64,000 nt of DNA, from NCBI GenBank assembly GCA_973895155.1, contig OZ316899.1, forward strand, positions 2,317,573-2,381,572, given 5' to 3'. A model generated the notes under the pieces. It was not told where the DNA came from. It worked only from the letters and a program-made list of their open reading frames with translations, and did not search any database. This DNA comes from Marsupella aquatica (lineage: Eukaryota > Plantae > Marchantiophyta). Each line of letters opens with the position of its first letter. The first letter of the stretch is position 1. The translations under genes were made by a program, and so were the position numbers. Shown here in pieces: positions 1-9,215 of the stretch.

Positions 1-19
1 ATGCAGCTTCATTCAACAT

Positions 20-1150
20 ATGGATGTAAATCGGGTGGAATTAAAGCCAGATTCACTTTTTCATCAACCAGTATCCGGGGTGGTGCCTGATGTCTTGGTA
101 AGTCATTTAGTGAAACCTGAAGTAGTTGGTATGCCGAATGATCGAGTTCAGAATCGGGATAAAGTTCTGACTAATATTTACGCAACTACTCGTTCGAAGA
201 AAAAGGAGACCAAGAAGCACGAGCATCAGAAGGTCGCGAAAGCTCCCAAGGATGAAGGGCGCAAGCCATGTAAGGAAGGCCTCGACAAAGAAGACGACCC
301 TGCTTATGACCGATATGACCCAAAATACTTCTTGCCCGACATCTCTTTGGAAGTGAAAGACCATCTGGAAGAGCTAGTTAAGGAGCAAGTGCAATCTCCT
401 AACCCACCAGTAGTAGTCAAAGCTAAAGAGCCACTGAAAAATCCAGGTTATGATATTGTTGAAGATGTCAAGAATCATCCTGCACATATCACCATTGGGG
501 AATTATTACAGGACAATCCGGTTTATAGGCGACAGCTGAGGAGCCTCCTTGCAGGAAAACGGAGGAAGAAGAAGTTACCTTCGGTGGATGTGCTACGAAC
601 AGAGTGGGAGGACAAAGGACCGATGGAAATTGAGGTTCAAATCCAGGGGTGTGTCATTCGGAGAGTTCCTGTGGATGGAGGAGCCAGCGTTAATCTGATT
701 ACACAGTCAGCAGCATTTAATTTGGGTTTCACTAAGTTTGAGCCCACTCCCAAGATTTTGCGCATGGCGGATCAGTCTCGTGTGGTACCCATAGGGAAGC
801 TGACCAGAGTAGAAACTTTGATTGCTGGTGTCCCTTTTCTGTTGGATTATGTGGTTATTAATCCGGAAATACCATCCAGCTTTCCTGTTTTGTTAGGCCG
901 ACCATGGTTGTATAAGGCTCAAGTTCAGGTTAATTGGCAATCTCAAGAGCTTTCATTTGGGAAGCCTAAGGTGACTGTTAGTTGGGTTCCGGAACCACAT
1001 TTTGGAGAAACACAAACAGATGATGGGTACACCTCGGATTTTTCGACCTCTTCGCTAGTCCTGCAGCCATTGGAATTTGAACTGGAGGAAGTTCGTTACT
1101 TGGAAGTTTATCTGTCTGATGCTCCCATAAAACCAACTAGGCCCTCCTGA
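20..1150 (+). CDS. gag C-terminal region plus retropepsin aspartic protease (frame already open at window start)
   Basis: Protease motif VPVDGGASVNLI and the typical C-terminal LDYVVI...VLLGRPWL. Confidence 0.88.
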   Translation: MDVNRVELKPDSLFHQPVSGVVPDVLVSHLVKPEVVGMPNDRVQNRDKVLTNIYATTRSKKKETKKHEHQKVAKAPKDEGRKPCKEGLDKEDDPAYDRYDPKYFLPDISLEVKDHLEELVKEQVQSPNPPVVVKAKEPLKNPGYDIVEDVKNHPAHITIGELLQDNPVYRRQLRSLLAGKRRKKKLPSVDVLRTEWEDKGPMEIEVQIQGCVIRRVPVDGGASVNLITQSAAFNLGFTKFEPTPKILRMADQSRVVPIGKLTRVETLIAGVPFLLDYVVINPEIPSSFPVLLGRPWLYKAQVQVNWQSQELSFGKPKVTVSWVPEPHFGETQTDDGYTSDFSTSSLVLQPLEFELEEVRYLEVYLSDAPIKPTRPS

Positions 1151-1156
1151 CAATTA
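1148..1156 (+). other. candidate stop-codon readthrough signal TGA-CAA-TTA between PR and RT
   Basis: In-frame TGA followed by CAATTA, matching the stop-CARYYA consensus. The upstream and downstream ORFs share a frame with no other stop between them. Confidence 0.6.
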
Positions 1157-1171
1157 ACTTCATCATCGGAA

Positions 1172-4123
1172 GTGGGCCCAGCAGCAGACGAACCTCCTAA
1201 TACTGAGGCTAATAGGGATTTACACCATGATATGGGAATGTCAGCTACCCTTGAGCCATTTGCACCAGAAGTATCCAAACTTGGACTTCAGCCGGCAAAC
1301 CTCACGGATGGAATTGTGGATCCAAAAGCTTGTCAGAAAATCGAAATTGAGCCAGGCAAGTTTTTGAATATTGGTAAGCATATCGAAGGAGAGCTACGGG
1401 AACAGTATATCAGTTTATTAACCCAGTATAAAGATGTCTTTGCCTGGAGTCATTCTGATTTAAAAGGTATCCATCCACATTTGGGCGAACATCGTATTGA
1501 CCTTATGGAAGGAGCAGTACCTGTCCGACAGAGACAGTACCGTTTGAATCCCAAATATTCCATCCTGGTTAAAGACGAGTTGGACAAGCTCACGACTGCT
1601 GGATTTATCTACCCGGTCTTGAGTAGTGAATGGGTCTCACCAATTGTCATTGTCCCCAAAAAGCCGGGACCCGATGGTAAAACGAAAATTCGCGTTTGTC
1701 AAGACTTCCGGAAGTTGAATGCTGCCACTCGGAAAGATCATTATCCTTTGCCATTTATTGATCTGGTACTTGATTCAGTGGCCTTGCATGAGTTATACAG
1801 TTTTTTAGATGGGTACTCTGGTTATAACCAGGTGTCCATTCGGAAGGAGGATCGCGACAAGACTACGTTCACCACCGACTGGGGTACATATGCATTTACC
1901 ATGATGCCTTTTGGGCTGTGTAATGCCCCGGGTACTTTTCAGCGCATTATGATGATTATTTTTCAAGAATATTTGCGGCATTTCATGGAGATTTTTATTG
2001 ACGACTTTTGTGTTTACGGGTCAGCGGCTGAACACCTCGTCCATTTGGAGAAGACATTTCAGAAGTGTAGAGAGGCTCAGTTGTGTCTTCATCCAGAAAA
2101 GTGCTTTATTGGTATGAAGGAGGGAATTTTGTTAGGCCATGTTATTTCACAACGCGGCATTGAGGTTGATACAGAGAAGGTTAGAGTAATTATGGAGTTG
2201 CAACCACCGACCGATTTAAAGCAGCTTCGTGCTTTTCTGGGACATGTGGGGTATTATCGTCGGTTCATTTATAAACATGCTAATATTGCCTTACCCTTAA
2301 CCCAACTGTTAAAAAGTGATGTGGAATATACATGGAATGAGGAGCGGCAGCAAGCATTCCAGTTGCTCAAGGATCGGTTAATCTCTGCACCTATTTTGTC
2401 ACCCCCAGATTGGACTAAGAAGTTTCATGTCTTCATTGACTCTTCTGCGTTCTGCATTGGAGCTAATCTCAGTCAGAAGGATGTGGAAAACCGTGACCAT
2501 CCAATTTACTATGCCAGCCGCCAAATGAGTGCAGCCGAGAAAAACTACTCCGTCACTGAACGGGAAGCTTTGGCCATCGTCTTTGCGTGTAAGAAATTTC
2601 GTCACTATTTGTTGGGGTATCAGGTTACTTTTCACACTGATCATAATTCCTTAAAATATTTGGTTAACCAAGTGGATCTCTCAGGACGAGTAGCCCGCTG
2701 GGTTTTACTACTCCAAGAATTTGATTATGAAGTTCATGTCCGACCTGGCAAACATCATGAGAATGCAGACTTCCTATCTCGGTTACCTGGTCCGGAGAAT
2801 CAGCATAATCTCTCCGATGAATTTCCTGACGAGCATTTGTGGCACATTGAAGGGGAGTCTTCTCGATATTTTAATATTGTGCACATGCTGCTTCATGGAA
2901 CGTTCCCTGAAGGCTTTAATGCGGAAGAACGAGCTGTCTTTGCTCATAAGGTGGGTCCCTATACCATTATTCGGGGCACTTTGTTTAAACAAGGTCCTGA
3001 TCAACAATTGCGACGTTGTCTAGAGGATAGGGAACTTCCCCAAGTAATTGAAGCTTTACATTCAGGAGAAACCGGTGGGCATTATGCTGTGAATACCACA
3101 GTTAAGAAAATTTTGGATGCTGGATACTGGTGGCCTACTATGCATCGAGATACTTACAATTTTATTAAGACCTGTGATCCCTGTCAAAGGATCGGGAAGC
3201 CCACTGCTAGTTCCAAATGGCCTCTTACGCCTATCCTTCCGTTGGCACCATTTGAGAAATGGGGGATTGATTTTATTGGCCCAATTTCTCCAGCAGCTCG
3301 GAAAAGCCGAAGCAAATATATTATTCTGGCCACTGATTATGCCACCAAATGGGTAGAGGCGAAAGCTACTCGCAAGAATGATGCTATAACCGCAGCTGCA
3401 TTTCTCTTTGAGCACATTATCACCCGGTTTGGTTGTCCTTTGGAGTTGGTAAGCGATAGGGGTTTGCATTTTCTTAACTCAACTATTGAGTTAATCACTG
3501 ACCTTTATCTTATCAAGCATCGCAAAACTACTCCTTACAACCCCCGAGCTAATGGCTTAACCGAGAGAGCTAATGGCATTATGGGCAAGATTCTGAATAA
3601 AATGGTAGAATCTCACAAGACAGATTGGGATGTGAAGCTCCATTCTGCATTATGGGCTTACCGCACCGCTGAGAAGATTACAACTCTTCACACCCCCTTC
3701 TATCTGACCTATGGCCTGAATAGTATTATTCCAATAGAATTTTCGTTACCAACGGAACGTATCTTGGTACCACACCGACTCTCTCCTTCAGATAGTCTCT
3801 CACATCGGTTTTCCAATATTGTTAAATTAGAAGAAGTTAGACTTTTAGCATTAGACCATACAGTCACCATTCAGAACCAGCGTAAACTTGCTTATGATAA
3901 GAAGCTGCGCGTAGTGCAGTTAGATGTTGGTGATTTAGCATTAGTCTTTGATTCTCGTTATATGCTATTTCCTGGGAAACTTCATACTCATTGGATTGGT
4001 CCTTACCGAGTTACACACATCTGGGATAATGGTTCAGTTTCATTGACTACCTTAGATGGTCACCCACTTAACACTAGAATCAATGGGTTTAGGATTAAAC
4101 GGTACTATGAGTCTTCCATTTAG
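1172..4123 (+). CDS. pol: pol: reverse transcriptase, RNase H and integrase; intact, frame open from 1151
   Basis: RT motifs (RVCQDFRKLN, LDGYSGYNQ, MPFGLCNAP, FIDDF), RNase H (FIDSS...EREALAIV...TDH), integrase HHCC (H..ETGGH...CDPC), core (WGIDF, VSDRG, NGLTER) and GPY (WIGPY). Confidence 0.97.
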   Translation: MGPAADEPPNTEANRDLHHDMGMSATLEPFAPEVSKLGLQPANLTDGIVDPKACQKIEIEPGKFLNIGKHIEGELREQYISLLTQYKDVFAWSHSDLKGIHPHLGEHRIDLMEGAVPVRQRQYRLNPKYSILVKDELDKLTTAGFIYPVLSSEWVSPIVIVPKKPGPDGKTKIRVCQDFRKLNAATRKDHYPLPFIDLVLDSVALHELYSFLDGYSGYNQVSIRKEDRDKTTFTTDWGTYAFTMMPFGLCNAPGTFQRIMMIIFQEYLRHFMEIFIDDFCVYGSAAEHLVHLEKTFQKCREAQLCLHPEKCFIGMKEGILLGHVISQRGIEVDTEKVRVIMELQPPTDLKQLRAFLGHVGYYRRFIYKHANIALPLTQLLKSDVEYTWNEERQQAFQLLKDRLISAPILSPPDWTKKFHVFIDSSAFCIGANLSQKDVENRDHPIYYASRQMSAAEKNYSVTEREALAIVFACKKFRHYLLGYQVTFHTDHNSLKYLVNQVDLSGRVARWVLLLQEFDYEVHVRPGKHHENADFLSRLPGPENQHNLSDEFPDEHLWHIEGESSRYFNIVHMLLHGTFPEGFNAEERAVFAHKVGPYTIIRGTLFKQGPDQQLRRCLEDRELPQVIEALHSGETGGHYAVNTTVKKILDAGYWWPTMHRDTYNFIKTCDPCQRIGKPTASSKWPLTPILPLAPFEKWGIDFIGPISPAARKSRSKYIILATDYATKWVEAKATRKNDAITAAAFLFEHIITRFGCPLELVSDRGLHFLNSTIELITDLYLIKHRKTTPYNPRANGLTERANGIMGKILNKMVESHKTDWDVKLHSALWAYRTAEKITTLHTPFYLTYGLNSIIPIEFSLPTERILVPHRLSPSDSLSHRFSNIVKLEEVRLLALDHTVTIQNQRKLAYDKKLRVVQLDVGDLALVFDSRYMLFPGKLHTHWIGPYRVTHIWDNGSVSLTTLDGHPLNTRINGFRIKRYYESSI

Positions 4124-4145
4124 AATTCCACCTGGGACAGGTTGC

Positions 4146-4161
4146 AATTTAAGTGGAGGGC
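4146..4161 (+). promoter_or_regulatory. internal copy of the polypurine tract
   Basis: AATTTAAGTGGAGGGC is identical to 7629-7644, and both copies are preceded by GGGACA. Confidence 0.7.
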
Positions 4162-4506
4162 GGTAGTTATACTTAGTTAGAATTAGTGACCCTCCCTAGT
4201 AAGTATTCGGCATATTTTTTTAATTTTTTTTAGTTACTTTCAGTTTTTACATTGGACGCTGTGAAAAGCGTCCATTGTAACTCGACGCTGGGGAAGCGTC
4301 CACTTAGTTTACAAAGGACGTTGTGCAGAGGTCCGCTTTTGTATTAGTTCAGTTGCATGAGACGCTGTGAGCCGATGACTAGGCATCTTGTACAATGGCG
4401 GATTGCGACAGCTCAACGGGACGCTGAGGAGTAAGCAGTCGCGCTTCGCCCTAGTTCACTATGGAACACGATTCTCACTGAGCTTACGGAGCTAACAAGT
4501 CACGCG

Positions 4507-7080
4507 ATGGCGGAGACTGAGCTGACGACGCGACCAATACTCGCAGACATTCCATCGAATGCAGTGCATAGGCGGCAGTTGAAGACGGCTCTGGCAAAAA
4601 TGGGCTTGAAGAAGCTGCTTCAACTTCCTTGGAAGATTTGCGAATTCAGCCTTATCGATCAAGGTGTCTGGGACGCTGAAGAAAGGATTGGTGTGCGCTC
4701 GCGTCCCAGTGTTTGGACTGAAGCGCTCATAGCGAAGGTCTATTCGACGCCGATGGAGGGCGAGGATTTACAGAGGGTTGATTGTGAGCCTCGGGTTTAT
4801 GTAGAATCCTTCTTCGCTCCAGGATCTTTCAAGAGGCGGAATGGATGGCTAGCGGCGGACTGCTTAGATAATTCTCTGCAGCGTCTATTTCGATTTCTGG
4901 CACCAATTTTCTACCCAGAAAGCCAGACGCGCATCACTCTTTCGTTCGCTGCAACGGTGATCTGTTCATTAGAACAGACGCAGTCTATCAATTGGACGAA
5001 GGTTTTGCACCGAGTAATTCATACTCAGGTCAAAAATTTTCGTAGCAGGCTGAAAACGGGGAAAATAAGGTGTACCTACTTGGCCCCTTATTTAGCTCAC
5101 ATTTACCATAAGTATGACTGTCTGCTTGTCTTGGAAAAAGATTTTTATCGCAACAATCAGAGAGCATCTACCGGTGAAGCAAATTATATGCCTGAAGTAC
5201 GAGAAGTCCGAGCCAATTCCACAGTGGTAGAGCTATGTGCAATACTCGACTGTGAGGAACCTGAACTGGTGGGTGAAGTTCGGAAATTGAAAGAGACAAG
5301 AGCATCAGCTGAAGGGAGTGACGATCCGATTCTTCACCAACCAAGAGAGGCTCAAGTTGCCGAAGATGTTCCTTCAGCAATGCCAACAGGGTTGGAGCAT
5401 TCTATGTCACCTCGACTCTCGTGTTCACCTTGTGCTGCCGAGCCTATTTATGATGTTGATCAGGATAATTCTGCTTCTCGGATGAATGTTGAAGATGAGG
5501 TGAGGGTGGATGAAGAAGGTTTTTCAGGGGAACCTCTTCAACATTCTACTGCTGAGGACGAGTATGATGGATTTACTTCTACCCCTGTTTTGGTTCCCAT
5601 AGAGGCAAATAGTGATGCTTTGCAGGCTTTACAGGAGTATGATTCGTCCGACTCTCTTAGTTCTAGCCCAAATATAGGTGAAATCCCTCTGGTCCAGGAG
5701 TCAGAAATATTAAGCTCAGAAATTGTGAAGCTGGTTAAAGTTGATTCGGAGGATGCAATTGTGGATATAGACGAAGTAGGTGAACCAGTGACTTCTCCCC
5801 AATCTGTCGCAAGATACCCTGCCTGGTCTACACCTGGTTCACTCATATCGATTCCTTTGGATATAACTAAGGAATTAGATGAGGCAATAGCCGCGATAGG
5901 AGCTCCTTCATTTCCGCCTGTAAAATGGGTTTCTCCTGAAGATGAGTTGATTGAAGGAGGCTCTGCTGGTTTTCCGAGTCGCAATCAGGTATCTGGTAAT
6001 ATGGGTATATCTGTACCCATATTGGTACCCGAGACACCCGCTTCGACAACCAGCTCAGCACTAGTTTCATTGGCTACAAACGAGGATAAAAACATTCGGG
6101 AGGAGTTTTCAGTGACGTATACTCGAAAATCTTGGAAACGGTTGCGCCATGCTATCAGTCGACAGATCTTTCCTGAAGCATCTTCCCAGGATTTTGAACA
6201 GGGAGAAGCACCTGTCGGAACAGACGAGCTACCCCTTCCTGTACTTTTGACAGATCGAACTAACCAGGAAGTCTCTTTACCTAGCGATAATTTTAAAGAA
6301 GAACTTCCTGTTTTAGTACCAATGCATCCCATTGCAGATCAACCAGCTACTGTTGCAAGAGAAGAATTTGAACCACTGGAGCCCGAACCTTCTGCTCCTT
6401 CGTCTCCTGTTACATTGCCAATTCGACCAGTTAAGGAGTCAGTGATTCCTTCCGCTATGCCAGATGTAATTTTCCGTTGGATAGGAGCACCAAGTGATGG
6501 AGAAGAAGACGAAGACCCTCGCATTATCAGAGTACCTCCTCGACTTCGGCATACAGTGGATTTGCCACCCCGAAATCCTATCCCTAATTTGGCTTCAATT
6601 CACAGGTGGGAGAAGAAACATTTTCGAGTAGCTTTTCGACATCTGGAGATGGAGAGCATTTTGCAGCAGCAGCAGATTTTGCCAATGACATCCCATCCGA
6701 GGATTCGTAGTTTGATTCGCACATATGAACCTGGGAAGGCGGTTCCTCCCATTGATAAGGACAGACGACATAAGTTTTCGGAGTTCGAAATTTGGTGTTG
6801 GGTGTATATGCTTCGACGAGCTCAAGCTCCATTTCCGCCCCTTGTGCCGGAAATTCCATGGCCCTATCCATACTATGTTTGGGTTTGTCCTGGTGGGTTT
6901 GCTATTCCAATTAAATATGAGAAGAAGCTTGTTAAGCTAAGGGAGCAGTTGATTACAAAACAATGTATGCTACCGGCTTCCCAAGGGTTCAAGTCGCTTA
7001 GGTGTTTAGCGTTCCTACCTATTATTCCTTCTTATCCGGATGTGATTATTCAAGGTGTTTTATCTAGGACACAGATTTGA
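4507..7080 (+). CDS. extra 3' ORF (857 aa) at the 'env-like' position: N-terminal plant-transposon accessory domain plus long acidic/Pro-rich region
   Basis: Long uninterrupted ORF between pol and the PPT. Its N-terminus (GLKKLLQLPW...WTEALIAKVY...RNGWLAADC...INW) resembles four other ORFs in the window. Confidence 0.8.
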   Translation: MAETELTTRPILADIPSNAVHRRQLKTALAKMGLKKLLQLPWKICEFSLIDQGVWDAEERIGVRSRPSVWTEALIAKVYSTPMEGEDLQRVDCEPRVYVESFFAPGSFKRRNGWLAADCLDNSLQRLFRFLAPIFYPESQTRITLSFAATVICSLEQTQSINWTKVLHRVIHTQVKNFRSRLKTGKIRCTYLAPYLAHIYHKYDCLLVLEKDFYRNNQRASTGEANYMPEVREVRANSTVVELCAILDCEEPELVGEVRKLKETRASAEGSDDPILHQPREAQVAEDVPSAMPTGLEHSMSPRLSCSPCAAEPIYDVDQDNSASRMNVEDEVRVDEEGFSGEPLQHSTAEDEYDGFTSTPVLVPIEANSDALQALQEYDSSDSLSSSPNIGEIPLVQESEILSSEIVKLVKVDSEDAIVDIDEVGEPVTSPQSVARYPAWSTPGSLISIPLDITKELDEAIAAIGAPSFPPVKWVSPEDELIEGGSAGFPSRNQVSGNMGISVPILVPETPASTTSSALVSLATNEDKNIREEFSVTYTRKSWKRLRHAISRQIFPEASSQDFEQGEAPVGTDELPLPVLLTDRTNQEVSLPSDNFKEELPVLVPMHPIADQPATVAREEFEPLEPEPSAPSSPVTLPIRPVKESVIPSAMPDVIFRWIGAPSDGEEDEDPRIIRVPPRLRHTVDLPPRNPIPNLASIHRWEKKHFRVAFRHLEMESILQQQQILPMTSHPRIRSLIRTYEPGKAVPPIDKDRRHKFSEFEIWCWVYMLRRAQAPFPPLVPEIPWPYPYYVWVCPGGFAIPIKYEKKLVKLREQLITKQCMLPASQGFKSLRCLAFLPIIPSYPDVIIQGVLSRTQI

Positions 7081-7092
7081 AGGACACCATTT

Positions 7093-7569
7093 ATGAGAGA
7101 TATCAAACGGTGTTGTCATTTATATGTATATAAGCCGTTACTTTTGCAGCATCCTGCAATTGTTTCCTTCTTTCTCCTTCGAATTGATATTTATCTGCTC
7201 ATGTGGGACATCAAAGCTACTATGGATTGTTGGAATTCTTTACCCCGTGCTTTCCAACATTCCTTTGAAGGCAAGATCAAACTGGGAGGACATGCTATTC
7301 AACACTTTGTTATTGATCCAGGCTCTCGAATTAATTTCCTCTCCCACAGACTGTGCCAGCAATTTGTTCATCAAGAAGTACAACCGATATCTGCTCAGAT
7401 ATCAATCGATGGACGAATCATTAATCTTTGGGGAAGAGTTAAAGGAGTCCCAATACAGATCGGAGAAGAATTCCATGACCTCGATTTTTATATTCTGGAT
7501 TCGGATATCTCCCAACTCCCGTCAATGATTTTGAGCACTACTTGGATTATTAAGCCAGAATATTATTAA
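7093..7569 (+). CDS. second, divergent retropepsin-like domain
   Basis: FVIDPGSRINFLS...LDFYILD...MILSTTWI parallels the element's own protease. It is in frame with ORF 4507-7080 across a single TGA (7078-7080). Confidence 0.6.
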   Translation: MRDIKRCCHLYVYKPLLLQHPAIVSFFLLRIDIYLLMWDIKATMDCWNSLPRAFQHSFEGKIKLGGHAIQHFVIDPGSRINFLSHRLCQQFVHQEVQPISAQISIDGRIINLWGRVKGVPIQIGEEFHDLDFYILDSDISQLPSMILSTTWIIKPEYY

Positions 7570-7628
7570 TGAAGAACATGTCACTCGCTTCTGATTCAAT
7601 TCGGTCATGTCTTGTGGGGACACGGCGA

Positions 7629-7644
7629 AATTTAAGTGGAGGGC
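7629..7644 (+). promoter_or_regulatory. 3' polypurine tract
   Basis: Purine-rich tract 2 nt before the TG start of the LTR. Confidence 0.75.
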
Positions 7645-7646
7645 TA

Positions 7647-9196
7647 TGTGGTATGGGTGTCCCTGCAATTTTTTCTGGAAACTTGTTTATTTTTAGCATA
7701 TCACAAGATTTACTTACACTTTAGACACCTTCCGGCCAACATTTACTTGTTCTGGACACTTATAGAAATATTTGACATCTCCGGCTTTCCTGACGATTCC
7801 TAGTGTACTTTGCCCGACGCTGTGACCAGCGCCCGTTTCTTTTACTCAAGACGCTGCGGAAGCGTCCAACCTCCTCATGACGCTTTTGGCAGTGCCCGAC
7901 CGCCACCAAGACTCTATGAGGATTTCGACCGACCGCCACCAAGACTCTATGAGGATTTCGACCGACCGCCACCAAGACTCTATGAGGATTTCGACCGACC
8001 GCCACCAAGACTCTATGAGGATTTCGACCGACGCTGTGGAAAGCGTCAGCTTCAACACACGACGCTGTGAGCAGCGTCCACCCTAGTATTGACGCTGTGA
8101 GCAGTGTGAGCAGCGTCCGTTGGTTTTACTTAAGACGCTTCTAGCAGCGTCCAGATTCTCCCGACGCTTCTAGCAGCGTCCGCTCAACACTTAGTTTTTG
8201 AAGTAGATTACTAGTAAAGTAGTATTCTACCACCCTTGTTGAAGTACTTATGCTGTGCTTCTCCCTTGTTTAGTTTTAAGCTTGGAAAGGCACGACTGTT
8301 CTTACCTCCTCCATTTTAGGATTCCAGCACTTATAAGACAGAGTAGAATGCTCATTTGAAGTAGAGAGAAATAGAGTTAATACTGTATTCAGAATTGAGT
8401 CTTCTGAATAGTTTTCTCCTCCTTCCATTGTAACAAGGCATGCTGTGAGTGTTTTGTATGGAAGTAAAGCTATATTGATTGAAGTTAAGATTGAATTCAA
8501 GAGATTCCTGTGGTGATTGAATTCAGTTGCAGATTTCTGAAACTCGTATTGAATTCACTGCTAGGCTTGCTTGCAGAGTCGGGATTCGCTAGCCAATTCA
8601 AGAATAGTTAATGATAAATGAGAAGTAAATTCTGATTCTCAGAGTAGTTAGTACTGTTGCTTTGATTCTGGAATATGGTTTAGAGTTTGACTGAATTGCG
8701 TATCGCTGATGTCAAACCATGTTGACGGCATTTTAAATCATATCATTCATTTGCAATCAGAAAGCTTCTGCTTCATCAGATTGAGAATTCCATTATCATT
8801 AACCTTTGTGTTTTGAAGAGTGAGATGGATGAATTATGAGATAGATTTCATGTCTATACTGAGCCCAAATCCTTTCTGAAGGAGTGGCAGTAGCTTGTAG
8901 TCTCTAAATCCTTACTCATTTCTTCTCTAATTCATAAATCAGAAGTTCAGTTACTTTGTTGTTTGTTTATTCGATTTTTTTTATTGAGAAGTGAAGTCAA
9001 CATAGAGCTCAAGACTCTAAATCACTCGGAGTGATAAAAGTTATACAATTCATTCTGAAATCTGTTCTTAAAGGGATCGAAACCCTGGTTTTAGGTGAGG
9101 AGAGTCACTTTTGATACTTAGCACTATACGACATGCCATTCCAAGCATAAGGAGAAATCTCCCTGATGCTCAGTCTCCCTTGTGCTATTACCAACA
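7647..9196 (+). repeat. 3' LTR (~1.55 kb) of the gypsy element
   Basis: Follows the PPT and has TGTGGTA...TTACCAACA imperfect inverted termini; LINE sequence resumes just after. The TSD cannot be checked because the 5' LTR is outside the window. Confidence 0.75.
7897..8030. repeat. 33-bp tandem repeat, 4 copies, inside the LTR
   Basis: Unit CGACCGACCGCCACCAAGACTCTATGAGGATTT is read directly from the sequence. Confidence 0.95.
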
Positions 9197-9215
9197 TAAT
9201 CTCCTGGACTTTGTT

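Larger units (their letters stand above)
1..9196 (+). mobile_element. Ty3/gypsy LTR retrotransposon, non-chromovirus (Athila/Tat-group-like), 5' part outside window
   Basis: Order is PR, RT, RH, IN with no chromodomain, then two extra ORFs, a PPT (7629-7644) and an LTR starting TGTGGTA (7647) and ending TTACCAACA (9196). Confidence 0.9.

Noticed and set aside
4507-7080. True envelope glycoprotein (endogenous plant retrovirus)
   Set aside because: No signal peptide or clear transmembrane segment is visible; the protein is mostly acidic and low-complexity.
7760-8086. ORFs with repeated peptides (RPPPRLYEDFD etc.)
   Set aside because: They are translations of a 33-bp tandem repeat in an LTR, open in several frames at once.
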